A stretch of DNA of 53,388 nt, from positions 1 through 53,388 of IMG/VR virus record IMGVR_UViG_3300015245_000011; one strand, 5' to 3'. This stretch comes from a virus (lineage: Duplodnaviria; Caudoviricetes). The notes below the pieces were generated by a model. The model made no database searches. It saw only the letters and a list, made by a program, of their open reading frames with translations, and was not told where the DNA came from. This document shows, piece by piece, positions 18,465 through 27,963 of this stretch. Positions within the stretch are counted from its first letter, which is position 1. Every line of letters starts with the position of its first letter. The position numbers were made by a program, and so were the translations under genes.

Positions 18465-20930
18465 CTAGCGTGGCGTCACATCAAAGCGCAGCACCCCGCA
18501 GGCAGGGGTGATGGCGCCCGAGGCCGAATTATTAATCATGCGGGCGCGCACCGCATTGCCCCCGGTAATTTCCGCCGTCAGCACCAGGTCTTGTACCAGG
18601 GCACTGGCACACGACGCGGTGACAAAACTATTGGCCGCGGTGGTCGGATAGGGAGGTGTCGTAAAGACCGTGGTATTGGAATAGATCGCATCACTGATGG
18701 CAATTTTACAATTGGCATCGAGATTGTTCCACCCAGACCCGGTACACGACCCGCCAGCGACGCCCGCCGGAATCGCCGTCGTGCAATCATTATTGAAACA
18801 CACCATAAACGAGGTCGTCAGACGGGTATTGAGGGGCGACAACTCGGGACGTCCAATCGATGCATTGGCGCCGCTGCGCACATCCGCCGTAATGTAACCC
18901 GTATCGGGATTGGGAATCCACAGCGTGGAGGTAAAACTATCGGGGATAATGCTATCGAGGATGCGTAAGCCTTTGTTGACCTGCGCACAGGTCCCACCAC
19001 CACCGCACACGGTGGCGGTACAAACCCCGGCCCCAAACCCTAAATTCCCCCCACTCATGAGAAAATCGCAGTCGCTACTCGTGTAGCAGGTGCGCCCATT
19101 CCAGGCCCCGCCGACACAGAAACTGCCGCAGGCCGCGCCGTTATTGGTACACTGCGCTTCCGCCCAGACTTCCCGGGTGTCTTGCGGCATACAAATGGCA
19201 TCGCCGCCAGCGCAGGTGAGGCCTCCGGAGGTATTGGAGCACGGCGGATCGGTCGTTGTGCACAGCGCGCCGGCGTTCGCACCACTGGCACAGAGGCAGT
19301 GTTGCACGCCGGCAAAATAGGCCGGGGTCTGCCGCGTGCCGCGCAGATGCTCAATGGTCAGATTGCGCGTATTAATCAGGTTGAGCTTCGTGCGGGCGAG
19401 CGGGGTATTCGTGGCTGCGCCGTAGACCGGACGAATGGAGCCAATGTTGAAATCTTGCAGCTTCATATCATCGCTGGACTCAACATGGACGGTGGGACTG
19501 CGCGTCCCGCCTTCGGCCTGAAACATCGAAATGGTACAGCCGCCCGAGTTGAACAAATAGATTTCGTTATCTCTATTCGCCCCAAGCCCCATGTTGATAT
19601 CATTGAAGGACGTTTGCCCGCAGCGCCCCTGGTAAAAGGTAATGGGGCCACTGCGCTGCTGTCCCACCATCACATGCTCCACCCGGCTATATTCCAGGCC
19701 AAGCCCGTCAATGGTTTTAATATCGAGGCCCGTTGGTTCGGTGGTGGCGGTACGAAAGAGCACCGGGTTATACGGCGCATCACTCACCTGATTACTGTTG
19801 CGTACATCGACCCGCAGAAAGCTAAAATTGCACCCCCAACAGGTGGCGTTGTAATACATAATCCCGGCACTTTGGTAATTCGCATCGACCAGGAAATGCA
19901 CATGATCCATACTGAGCTGGAGGCGTGAGGACGTCCAGCCACTGCCACTGCCCGCCGTGAGCTGGTAGGCCGTCGCCTGGAACTTCAGCGCTTGCGTCCC
20001 GAGGACCTGGGGGAGTTCAAAACCCAGATTGCTGATACGCTGATTCCAGGCCGGCTGCGGATTAAAGGTCGTATAGCTCGCATCGCTAAAATGGGGCGCG
20101 TCTTCCGACCAGGTAATTTGACTGGTCCCCAGGGCGGTATCAAAGCTCGTGCCGCAGCCCATGAGCAGACTGGCGGTATCACTTTCGCCGACAAGCCAGA
20201 TGACGTTGTACTCATCTTTGCCGCCATAGGTGCGGGGCATGACAATCGAACTACAGCTTTTATAGAGCCCGCGCGGAAAATAGACGATGCCTCCCCGTGG
20301 GCTGAGACTGTCGGCTTGATCGGTACTGGCGCCGTAGGCGAGCCCGGTGCGTAAGCCATCGACGGCGGCCTGAATAGCCGCCCGATCATCATTGGTGTTA
20401 TTGCCAAAGGCGCCGTAGAGTGGATCGCGCACGCTGTAGCGTTGACTGAGCACCCAGGAGCGTGGGACGCGCAGATCATCGACGAGCGTAATGACCCCAG
20501 CGCTGACAAGAACGCGGGCAAAAATGACTGTGGAGGTTTGGGCGGCGGGTCTGGTCGCCGCTTTCTGCCAGAGATAGTGCGTGCCACGCTGCCGCGTCCA
20601 GGTACTGACGGCGGTACTGGTATCGCGGTGCAGGCCGAGCCAGTAAATCCCGTCACCTCCCGTCAGTGGCCCAAGGGTGGCGGCACTCTGCGTGACGTAG
20701 ATCAGGCTCAGCGTGCTGCCCTGCACGTAGCCCTGACAGGCAAAGGCGGCGAAGGTGGCTGACGAGGACGGCACAGGGGGTAAGCATCCTGACGTCTGAA
20801 ACGGCGCCAGGGCATCGCCAAAAAAGGCTTCAAGCTCGCGCTGCGGGTTGGGATCCCCATGCGTATTTCCTGCAAATGAACTATTGGAAAGTACAAAAAG
20901 AAGCATAGCCAGAATGACTAATCGTTTCAC
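18465..20930 (-). CDS. tailspike-like pectin-lyase-fold protein with signal peptide and Cys-rich insert
   Basis: VRDPLYGAFGNNTNDDRAAIQAAVD...GGIVYFPRGLY (Pectate_lyase_3-type N-terminus); GTG start; MKRLVILAMLLFVLSNSSFA. Confidence 0.75.
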   Translation of the reverse strand: MKRLVILAMLLFVLSNSSFAGNTHGDPNPQRELEAFFGDALAPFQTSGCLPPVPSSSATFAAFACQGYVQGSTLSLIYVTQSAATLGPLTGGDGIYWLGLHRDTSTAVSTWTRQRGTHYLWQKAATRPAAQTSTVIFARVLVSAGVITLVDDLRVPRSWVLSQRYSVRDPLYGAFGNNTNDDRAAIQAAVDGLRTGLAYGASTDQADSLSPRGGIVYFPRGLYKSCSSIVMPRTYGGKDEYNVIWLVGESDTASLLMGCGTSFDTALGTSQITWSEDAPHFSDASYTTFNPQPAWNQRISNLGFELPQVLGTQALKFQATAYQLTAGSGSGWTSSRLQLSMDHVHFLVDANYQSAGIMYYNATCWGCNFSFLRVDVRNSNQVSDAPYNPVLFRTATTEPTGLDIKTIDGLGLEYSRVEHVMVGQQRSGPITFYQGRCGQTSFNDINMGLGANRDNEIYLFNSGGCTISMFQAEGGTRSPTVHVESSDDMKLQDFNIGSIRPVYGAATNTPLARTKLNLINTRNLTIEHLRGTRQTPAYFAGVQHCLCASGANAGALCTTTDPPCSNTSGGLTCAGGDAICMPQDTREVWAEAQCTNNGAACGSFCVGGAWNGRTCYTSSDCDFLMSGGNLGFGAGVCTATVCGGGGTCAQVNKGLRILDSIIPDSFTSTLWIPNPDTGYITADVRSGANASIGRPELSPLNTRLTTSFMVCFNNDCTTAIPAGVAGGSCTGSGWNNLDANCKIAISDAIYSNTTVFTTPPYPTTAANSFVTASCASALVQDLVLTAEITGGNAVRARMINNSASGAITPACGVLRFDVTPR

Positions 20931-20959
20931 TAGACACCTAGAATAGACTGTGTTAAAGT
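20931..20959 (+). promoter_or_regulatory. sigma70-type promoter for small RNA 1
   Basis: TAGACA-17 nt-TAAAGT with extended -10 TGn. Confidence 0.6.
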
Positions 20960-20965
20960 ACCAAC

Positions 20966-21062
20966 GGCTCTGAAGTAGCTCCCTGGAAGGGATTGAAACG
21001 AAGATGAGCTCTTCTGTGATATCGGCCGTACAGGCAAAACGATATCCAGTTACTTCAGAGCT
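20966..21062 (+). ncRNA. solitary CRISPR-repeat-derived small RNA 1 (candidate)
   Basis: CCCTGGAAGGGATTGAAACGA at 20981-21001; 14-bp closing stem 20967-20980/21048-21061; two internal hairpins. Confidence 0.65.
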
Positions 21063-22629
21063 AAATCCTCATCGGTCGCGTCAAAGATTTCTGTGACAAT
21101 TGCCACTCGACGCCTCTGAGCGTCAGCGATCCTGCGCCGGTCAACTCCGTCCACAACACTTCGCCTGTGCGTCCAATATCCCAGAAGAGTTCGTCTTCGA
21201 TCTGCGCTTCCACTCCTGATCCTGGATACGCCTGGGCGGTAAGTGTGACGCGCTTGGTTTGCCTGACGTGTTGTGGCATCCGGGCTGGTCCCAAAACAAA
21301 ATCTCCCACCACTTGTTGCCCAGCGTAGATGGCAAAGAACTCCGCCAGAAACCGGCGCAGGTAGGCCCGACGCATCGGTTGCGGCAGCGGCGGAAAGCGC
21401 ACCTGCCAAGGAATCGGTACGCCGTCATCGCGCAGGTCCCCCGTAAAGATGCGTTGCACGGCGGGTTGGGCCGCGAGCCCGGCCTGCGTATAGGGCAGGG
21501 CGCCAGGTTCGAGGAGCAGGTTGCAGGTCGCCCAGGGCGTTGGAAAGGTACAGATGGTCCAGGCTTTCTTGGTCACATCGAACACGAACACTCGGTCAAG
21601 CCCGGTACTTTGCGGCGTCGACGGACAGGCGCAGATATAGAGCGGCGGATTTTGGGATTGCGTGGCGACCGAGAGATGCGCCGCAGTATAGTTGAGCCCG
21701 GTAATGTCGTCATGGCCAAAAATATAGGGCCGAATGTTGTCCGAAATGACCTGATCGTTGAGACCATTAAAAAGTGCAAAGCCGCGGTGCGTCAGACGGA
21801 TCATCCCGAAGTTCGGAATGAACTGCACGGTGCGCCCGGCAATACAACCCATATCCGTTTTCACCTGCGTAATCGTGGGCGCCGCGCTGCCGCCAAAGGC
21901 CCCTGAGGCTTGATAGGTTGAGAAGTCTTTAAAGAGCACTAGGACGTTATCCGGGGAAATCCCTGATTCTGCGATCGTAAAGACCCCGATGCCTGTGCCC
22001 GATTGCCCGTCATCCTTGGCTACAAAGAGCTGGTTACCCACGGGCCACGAATGAAAGTTTTCCACGTCACTCTGGCGTATCGACGAGGGGCCATCATAGG
22101 TCGACGTCGTTTGGGCCGTATTCCAGGCCCATACGGCGTTCTGGTGGATGACCATCCACTTGGCGCCAGGGATCATGTCTGCTGCTGGATCGGTCGGAAA
22201 GATGCTGAAGCTCGCGCCGTTGGTCACGTAAGGCACGGTATAGCCATCCGTCATGAGCGTCTGGTCCAGAAAATTCAGCATCGTGGGCGTGTCGTACTGG
22301 AGTGCAAACGTCCCCAGCAGCGTCCAGGGCGTCTCGCTGCGGTAGAGTTTCTGCGTGCCGTCCACTTCACTGGTAATACGCAGGCGAAAGATCGACCCAT
22401 TATTGAGAGAGAGCGAGTTGAGGTCCAGCACACTTACCACAGTCGCCGGGATCGTCGGTGGGGCTTCCACCGTGACCACCCCATCGCGGACCCGCAGTGC
22501 GCCCGTCTGATCGAGCAAAAAGTTCTCGCAGCGCAGCAGCTCAGTCGGCTTCAGCGTCCAGGGTGAGGCGACGGTGTTCAGGCCTCCACTGAAATCTGCT
22601 TTGGTGACTGGTTTCAGATTCTCAGGCAT
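21061..22629 (-). CDS. tail tubular B / P22 gp10-like stabilisation protein
   Basis: DFSGGLN N-terminus, MGCIAGRTV motif, beta-rich; synteny. Confidence 0.7.
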   Translation of the reverse strand: MPENLKPVTKADFSGGLNTVASPWTLKPTELLRCENFLLDQTGALRVRDGVVTVEAPPTIPATVVSVLDLNSLSLNNGSIFRLRITSEVDGTQKLYRSETPWTLLGTFALQYDTPTMLNFLDQTLMTDGYTVPYVTNGASFSIFPTDPAADMIPGAKWMVIHQNAVWAWNTAQTTSTYDGPSSIRQSDVENFHSWPVGNQLFVAKDDGQSGTGIGVFTIAESGISPDNVLVLFKDFSTYQASGAFGGSAAPTITQVKTDMGCIAGRTVQFIPNFGMIRLTHRGFALFNGLNDQVISDNIRPYIFGHDDITGLNYTAAHLSVATQSQNPPLYICACPSTPQSTGLDRVFVFDVTKKAWTICTFPTPWATCNLLLEPGALPYTQAGLAAQPAVQRIFTGDLRDDGVPIPWQVRFPPLPQPMRRAYLRRFLAEFFAIYAGQQVVGDFVLGPARMPQHVRQTKRVTLTAQAYPGSGVEAQIEDELFWDIGRTGEVLWTELTGAGSLTLRGVEWQLSQKSLTRPMRI

Positions 22630-22638
22630 GCTGTGCTC

Positions 22639-23628
22639 TCATGGCACAATGGTGCCAAATCCACTACCATAAATAGGCCCACCAATATATGAACCGTAAG
22701 CCCTAACACTAAATGTACCATCAAGTTGCTGCCAAACAGGATCACCACAGATGTCTTTACAGGCTTCCAGAAAATCCTGCATCAAACTCTTGGCTTCTGC
22801 CCGGCTCTGCTCCGCCTCGCGCACCTTACTTAACACATACAGTTCCAATGGCGCCAGGAAGGCCGAGGGCAGCTCGACCGCATCCGTACTGAGACCCACG
22901 GGCAGTGGCCGACGCAAGCCCTTTAACCACACGCTACAGTGAGTCACCGGCGCGCCAATCTCATGCGTGCCAGGCCGCGTGCCCGCCCGGCCTCGCCTCA
23001 GCACCGAGACAACCTTGGTGGTCGCATTCACCAGGCGATACTCAATCAATTCACCTTCAATCCGTACCCACCCATAGGAGAGAAAATTGGTGGTATCGCT
23101 CACGGTAAACGACGTAACATTGGCTTGCGACAGCGCGACTGTCAGAGCAGTAACGGGATCAGTCTGGTTTGGGGCGCCGTAGAGCGACAGGTCCAGAGCC
23201 CCAGCCCGGCGATTCATGGAGTACGTCAGGGGCTGACCGACGTAGGCACTGGGGTAGATCCGCCACATCTCGTCCAGATACACGCACCGTAGTTGATTCA
23301 CCCACAGGGCTTCGACACTCACCCATTTTGAGTCGAGCGTGTATGACTCAGCCATATTGGTCGACGGAAAGACAAACCAGTCGGGGACGAGCCAGTTACA
23401 GCGCCTCGACATCTCCAGAATCCCATTCGTCAGCCAGCGATAGAGCGTCTGGGCTCTGAGGAACGACCCATCCAGATCAGGCTCAGGCTCGCCGGCGTCG
23501 TTGTACACCGGGTCCGGGATCTGGTCGCGGACACTGTTGATAATGGACGCGGCAGTCTCCACGGGTGTAAACGGATCGTAGACGCCAACAACTGCTTCGG
23601 CACTTAATACTGGAGGGATGTCAGCCAT
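22639..23628 (-). CDS. head-tail adaptor / tail tubular A-like protein
   Basis: IINSVRDQI...LYRWLTNG...ELPSAFLAPLELYVLSK pattern; upstream of the tube B gene. Confidence 0.6.
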   Translation of the reverse strand: MADIPPVLSAEAVVGVYDPFTPVETAASIINSVRDQIPDPVYNDAGEPEPDLDGSFLRAQTLYRWLTNGILEMSRRCNWLVPDWFVFPSTNMAESYTLDSKWVSVEALWVNQLRCVYLDEMWRIYPSAYVGQPLTYSMNRRAGALDLSLYGAPNQTDPVTALTVALSQANVTSFTVSDTTNFLSYGWVRIEGELIEYRLVNATTKVVSVLRRGRAGTRPGTHEIGAPVTHCSVWLKGLRRPLPVGLSTDAVELPSAFLAPLELYVLSKVREAEQSRAEAKSLMQDFLEACKDICGDPVWQQLDGTFSVRAYGSYIGGPIYGSGFGTIVP

Positions 23629-24320
23629 TAGCGCACCGCCTTTGTCTTAACCTCTTGAGACTCCCACCACGAACTAATATAGTCGTCATCCGTAATACCC
23701 TTGGTCATCAAGTGTATCGTCTCTGCAAGAGCCGTCGCGTAGACCGGGATGTGTGCCCGCTTACAGCGGAGAAAAAAGCTCAGGTCTTCGCCCCATTTGC
23801 CGATATGATCAAACATTTCTTCTGGTGGCTGACACAAACGCTCAAGCTTTTCTATCGCCATGCGGTGGATGAGCAAACACCCACCCCCAGCGGCATCCAC
23901 CTGGAAGCACGGCACCGTGGTGTCGTACTCCATGAACGGCATAAAGCCCTGGTCTGCCTCATCCCACACCCAGAGCATCGGGTGATGGGGTAAGGCCTTG
24001 TGGCGATAGATCGCGGTCAGCACAGGTAACTGATACTGTTGCTGTAACTTCACCATCTTGAACACGATATCTGGCTCCATCATGTGGTCGGTATCGGTCA
24101 TCCAGATCCAGTCCCCGCGCATCTCACTCACCAGAAAGTTCCTGGCACTGCTGTGCAGAGAGAATGTAGCGCGAGTATAGTGGATGGTCTCACCCTGGCC
24201 ACAGAGGAACTCCGTGTTAAACTCCCGCATCGCGCCCCAAGACCAACAGAAAGGCTCTGGCACTGAAGGAACTCCGCCAAGGTAGCCACACGAACCTAAG
24301 CATCTAAGTCGATCGAGCAT
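23628..24320 (-). CDS. glycosyltransferase family 2 (GT-A fold)
   Basis: ARN, WIWMTDTDH (DxD), GGGCLLIHR, GEDLSFF; SD AAGGAGG before ATG 24320. Confidence 0.85.
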   Translation of the reverse strand: MLDRLRCLGSCGYLGGVPSVPEPFCWSWGAMREFNTEFLCGQGETIHYTRATFSLHSSARNFLVSEMRGDWIWMTDTDHMMEPDIVFKMVKLQQQYQLPVLTAIYRHKALPHHPMLWVWDEADQGFMPFMEYDTTVPCFQVDAAGGGCLLIHRMAIEKLERLCQPPEEMFDHIGKWGEDLSFFLRCKRAHIPVYATALAETIHLMTKGITDDDYISSWWESQEVKTKAVR

Positions 24321-25402
24321 GCGCCCTCCTTGTGCCTGAGCACTTGCCCCACGACACTGAGAAACTCTCGCGTTGTCTGGAGAAACGTATGCTGCTTCGC
24401 CCACATCTTGCCGCGCCTTCCCAGGTCATGGCGCCATTTATAGTCGGTCAGCACATGCACGACATGCTCAGCAAAGGCTTCTAAGTGCTGGGATGGCGGT
24501 GAGGGACAGACATCAATAGCTTTGTCAAAGGCCAGCTCAAAACTATCACTAGGCGCGGTCACCACGGGCACGCCCAGCGCACAGGCTTCCATGACGGAGA
24601 GGGGCATTACTTCACACGGCATGTTGGGCTCTGAGGGATAGGCCAGGACTTGGGCGCGTGACAGGGCCTCAAGTACGACGTTGCGTGAAGCACCCTCGGG
24701 ATGCAGTTCGAGGGACATACCTGGTTGATACATCTCATCTTCCATCGCATGCCAGAGCCCTGGATGATGCTGTTTCACCGTGTCGAGACGGGTATACACC
24801 ACCACATGGGCCTTGTGAAACCGCCGCCGAATGAGCGGATAGGCTTTGAGGAGGAGGGACAGGCCCCGCTCAGCAGAGGTATGGTAAAAAATACGCCCCT
24901 CCACGGGCCGTGGCAGGGGATAGACGCCGTAGTCCCATCCATTCGTCACCGTGTACCAGGGAATATCCGGCGTGAGTGTTGAGAGATGCTGCGCGCTAAT
25001 GTCGGTCGAGGCAATGTAGGCATCGACGGGCTCCTGCGCCATACGCTCACTATGCGGTGGGGTGATGGTCTGGTGCCAGGCCAGACGAATAGCCGCCGGC
25101 CAACCGGTGAGGGGCGAGGCATCGTGGAAGGCTAGGGCGACGTCAGCAATCTCATCAAGCAGAGGGCCACCGGCCATCGGATGGGCTGAGAGTCCCGGGA
25201 GAATGTGTCCATCAACTCGCCAACAGGTATAGAACCGCACGGTATGACTTTGCCGGGCAAGCATACGCGCGAGACCAAAGGCTGTCACCTCTGTGCCTGT
25301 CAGACCACGAGGATCCAGGCAGAGGGCGCTGGCGTCCAGGGCGCGCACCTGTCCCTGCGCGTGTCCAAGGCTGTCGGCGGAAAGGAGGAAGTCGAATAAC
25401 AT
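24296..25402 (-). CDS. glycosyltransferase family 4 (GT-B fold)
   Basis: GLTGTE, FYHTSAERGL, EVMPLSVMEACALGVPVVT (Ex7E). Confidence 0.85.
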   Translation of the reverse strand: MLFDFLLSADSLGHAQGQVRALDASALCLDPRGLTGTEVTAFGLARMLARQSHTVRFYTCWRVDGHILPGLSAHPMAGGPLLDEIADVALAFHDASPLTGWPAAIRLAWHQTITPPHSERMAQEPVDAYIASTDISAQHLSTLTPDIPWYTVTNGWDYGVYPLPRPVEGRIFYHTSAERGLSLLLKAYPLIRRRFHKAHVVVYTRLDTVKQHHPGLWHAMEDEMYQPGMSLELHPEGASRNVVLEALSRAQVLAYPSEPNMPCEVMPLSVMEACALGVPVVTAPSDSFELAFDKAIDVCPSPPSQHLEAFAEHVVHVLTDYKWRHDLGRRGKMWAKQHTFLQTTREFLSVVGQVLRHKEGACSIDLDA

Positions 25403-25596
25403 TAGAGGGTTTCCAAGTTTTTCAAGACCACTTTAAAGGCATCAAGACTGTTGCGTATCGTCGGATCACTAATATCAATTCTGGCAGCGACAAGGCACAT
25501 CTGTTCCACCATCTCCATTAGTAACACTTTCAACTCTTTAGGAATTGGGCCGATGATGATGGGGTCAACTGGCGCCGGATCAACAGCGATGGCCAT
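25402..25596 (-). CDS. hypothetical protein
   Basis: Fills the gap between two GT genes. Confidence 0.5.
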   Translation of the reverse strand: MAIAVDPAPVDPIIIGPIPKELKVLLMEMVEQMCLVAARIDISDPTIRNSLDAFKVVLKNLETL

Positions 25597-25598
25597 AG

Positions 25599-26753
25599 CT
25601 AGAGTCCTTCTTCTGCGATCCAATCGCAGTACTGATCCACAACGTGTGCCCAGTCAAAGCGTTTCCGTGCCTCAGCCATCATGGGACCACGTATCTCTTC
25701 CTGCCCTTCCGGATGCACCATGAGATGCACCGCTGCCATGGCGTATCTCCGCAAAGTTAACGCATCTCTTTCCGCATCACCTTCAATAGCAATACCCGCA
25801 ACTTGGTACTCACTCGCTGCCCAGAGGGGATTCACAATTGGGATAGCCCCTAATGCTTGAGATTCAAGCAGTGAGATATAGCCCGTCTCAAGAAAGTTCG
25901 TAGGCGCGCACATAATCCCCGTCTGCAACCACTCCCTATACAACGCCGGTTGTCCCAGGCGTCCGCGTAGAAACACCCCTGGTTGCTGGGCGAGCTTTAC
26001 CGTACGCGCATGCTGCCAGCGCACTGATGCTCGGTGCGTGAGCTTGTCGAGATTATCCCAGCCGTAAAACACATGCAGCTCCGCATCGGGCACCAGGAAC
26101 CGTATCAGTCGAAACGCCTGTAGCAACCCCATGAGTCCACGATCCGGCGAGGAGGCGTACATGAGGCGGTGTGGATGACGCTCCGGCAGTCCCAAAACGC
26201 CAAGATCAAGTTCATCAATGAGATCAGCGCTTTCTATCGGCCACTCTTGATACGCGCAGGTATACTCGGCTTCAAGCAAAGTAATCAGATCGCCACGAAT
26301 GCCGTTCCGGGACTGCTCTACCAGATCAGCAAAGAGGGGATGCGTCTCCCGGAGATACTGGCAGTGTGTGGCACAGAGGCCGATAATGCGGTCAAGCTTG
26401 TCCGCCCACTCGTCTTTCCAGGGCTCAAGGGTGTCGACGTCCTGAAAGACGGCCCAGACAGACTGCTGCGGGTTGCAGCCAAATTGGTCAAGGAGTTCGA
26501 TCCCGCGTACCAAAATATAGATCCCTGCATGCGTAGGATTAAACCTGGCGAGGTCTTCCCAGATCACCCCACGGTGCAGACGTGTGACAGCGGCAGGGAG
26601 TGGGGCATAGACCGTCACACTATGCCCTCGCGCTGCCAGACGCCAGGCCATCTCACACACAAAGGTCTCAGAGCCGCCGATGCCAGGATCGTCGGGGGAC
26701 TGCCAATACCACGGCTCGTAGTGGCGAGGATTACAAATAAAAATGGTAGCCAC
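25599..26753 (-). CDS. glycosyltransferase family 4 (GT-B fold)
   Basis: GIGGSE...LAARGHSVTVY, YASSPDRGL, ETGYISLLESQALGAIPIV. Confidence 0.87.
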   Translation of the reverse strand: MATIFICNPRHYEPWYWQSPDDPGIGGSETFVCEMAWRLAARGHSVTVYAPLPAAVTRLHRGVIWEDLARFNPTHAGIYILVRGIELLDQFGCNPQQSVWAVFQDVDTLEPWKDEWADKLDRIIGLCATHCQYLRETHPLFADLVEQSRNGIRGDLITLLEAEYTCAYQEWPIESADLIDELDLGVLGLPERHPHRLMYASSPDRGLMGLLQAFRLIRFLVPDAELHVFYGWDNLDKLTHRASVRWQHARTVKLAQQPGVFLRGRLGQPALYREWLQTGIMCAPTNFLETGYISLLESQALGAIPIVNPLWAASEYQVAGIAIEGDAERDALTLRRYAMAAVHLMVHPEGQEEIRGPMMAEARKRFDWAHVVDQYCDWIAEEGL

Positions 26754-26790
26754 TTAGGATGCATCCTCTCGTTGGCGTAGGATAAAGATC

Positions 26791-27234
26791 CTAAATGCCC
26801 GGGATCGTATCGAGCACATAGTCAAACGTCACGACGTCTGTACCGCTGAGCGTCACAGCTACGCGTCCGAACGTGTACGTCTGCGCATCAGGAACCGGCC
26901 CTTCTAACAAGAACGTTTGATCCGTCCCTGTCCGCAGCACGATCTTGCTTCCAATGGTGCGGACCTGTGACGTGAACCCTGAGTCGTACGCAATCTGCAA
27001 CTCGTAGGTAGGGCCAACGGTGCCGTTGCCCGAGCCCCAGCCTTTCTGCCGCACAACGCAACGGCCGTAGGACACACCAGTTGGAAACTGCGCGACTGGC
27101 GTGGTGGTCACGGCCTGATCGGCGAGTTCAAAGTGATAGGCAATGGTAGGCGGCTGGTTGGAAGCCTGCCCGCCAGGAGCCACGGTAAAGGGATGGACGT
27201 GGGATTTGGTCCAGGCGCCAAGAGTGAATGCCAT
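26791..27234 (-). CDS. probable capsid decoration / minor structural protein
   Basis: Beta-rich 147 aa protein downstream of the capsid gene. Confidence 0.5.
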   Translation of the reverse strand: MAFTLGAWTKSHVHPFTVAPGGQASNQPPTIAYHFELADQAVTTTPVAQFPTGVSYGRCVVRQKGWGSGNGTVGPTYELQIAYDSGFTSQVRTIGSKIVLRTGTDQTFLLEGPVPDAQTYTFGRVAVTLSGTDVVTFDYVLDTIPGI

Positions 27235-27238
27235 GTAT

Positions 27239-27850
27239 TTAGCCTTTCAGAGCTTTGAGAGCGTGACGCGCTTCCTTAAGTTTCTGCTTCCGCGCTCTCA
27301 TACAGATGCGACAGTGTTTAGAACCACGAATCCAGAGCGTATTATCCTCGCTATAATCATGGCCTTGCGGGCAATGAATAGTGCGAGTAATGCTAGCCTG
27401 TGCATGCGCATCCTTTTTCTGCTTCCAACGCTTCTGCGCTGCAGAAAGACAGATACGGCATCGACGTTCTGTCTTGAGCCACCAGGTATTCTCTTCGTTG
27501 TATGGATGGCCCTGCGGACAATGTGTGCGATTGATAGTTGAGGATGGCGACCTAAGCTGGTTTTCCCGCGGCGTAACGGCTTCGAGATGGTCAATGTTGA
27601 CGCAACGTGTGTTGCGACAGGTATGGTCAATCTGCAAGCCCTTAGCGATAGAACCATGCACAAGCTCATAGGCGTATCGATGCGCATAGATCTTCTTGCT
27701 TTTGACCTGAAATAGACCGTAGGGAAGCTTCCCATTCGACCACGATAAAGCACCTTGCCACTCCCAGCATCCGTCTTGACGCTTACTTACTTTTGCCCAA
27801 AACCGCGCTTCGATTACTTCTGGGCTTGGATCGACTGGCCATCCTGCCAT
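27239..27850 (-). CDS. HNH homing endonuclease with duplicated C-terminal Zn-binding repeats
   Basis: RFWAKV...CWEWQG...AHRYAYE...IDHTCRNTRCVNIDHLEAVTPREN; two HCPQGH...NT...CRIC repeats. Confidence 0.9.
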   Translation of the reverse strand: MAGWPVDPSPEVIEARFWAKVSKRQDGCWEWQGALSWSNGKLPYGLFQVKSKKIYAHRYAYELVHGSIAKGLQIDHTCRNTRCVNIDHLEAVTPRENQLRSPSSTINRTHCPQGHPYNEENTWWLKTERRCRICLSAAQKRWKQKKDAHAQASITRTIHCPQGHDYSEDNTLWIRGSKHCRICMRARKQKLKEARHALKALKG

Positions 27851-27888
27851 GCTTGCCTCCTTGTAGAAGAATAGTCTGTACAAGGAGC

Positions 27889-27917
27889 ACCATAGCGTAT
27901 ATACTATCTTTAGTCAA
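27889..27917 (-). promoter_or_regulatory. sigma70-type promoter of the HNH gene
   Basis: TTGACT-17 nt-TATGGT on the - strand. Confidence 0.65.
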
Positions 27918-27963
27918 TCACTATCTATACACCCATCCATACGAGAGTGCATTGAATACCTAT

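Noticed and set aside
20970-21020. Hammerhead ribozyme (CTGAAG...GAAAC)
   Set aside because: The core reads CTGAAGTA rather than CUGANGA, the cleavage triplet would be GUG, and the second copy lacks the core
5981-23459. Many long alternative-frame and antisense ORFs (e.g. 6860-7600, 14464-15345, 16998-17810, 19182-19928)
   Set aside because: Shadows of GC-rich real genes; no motifs or SDs
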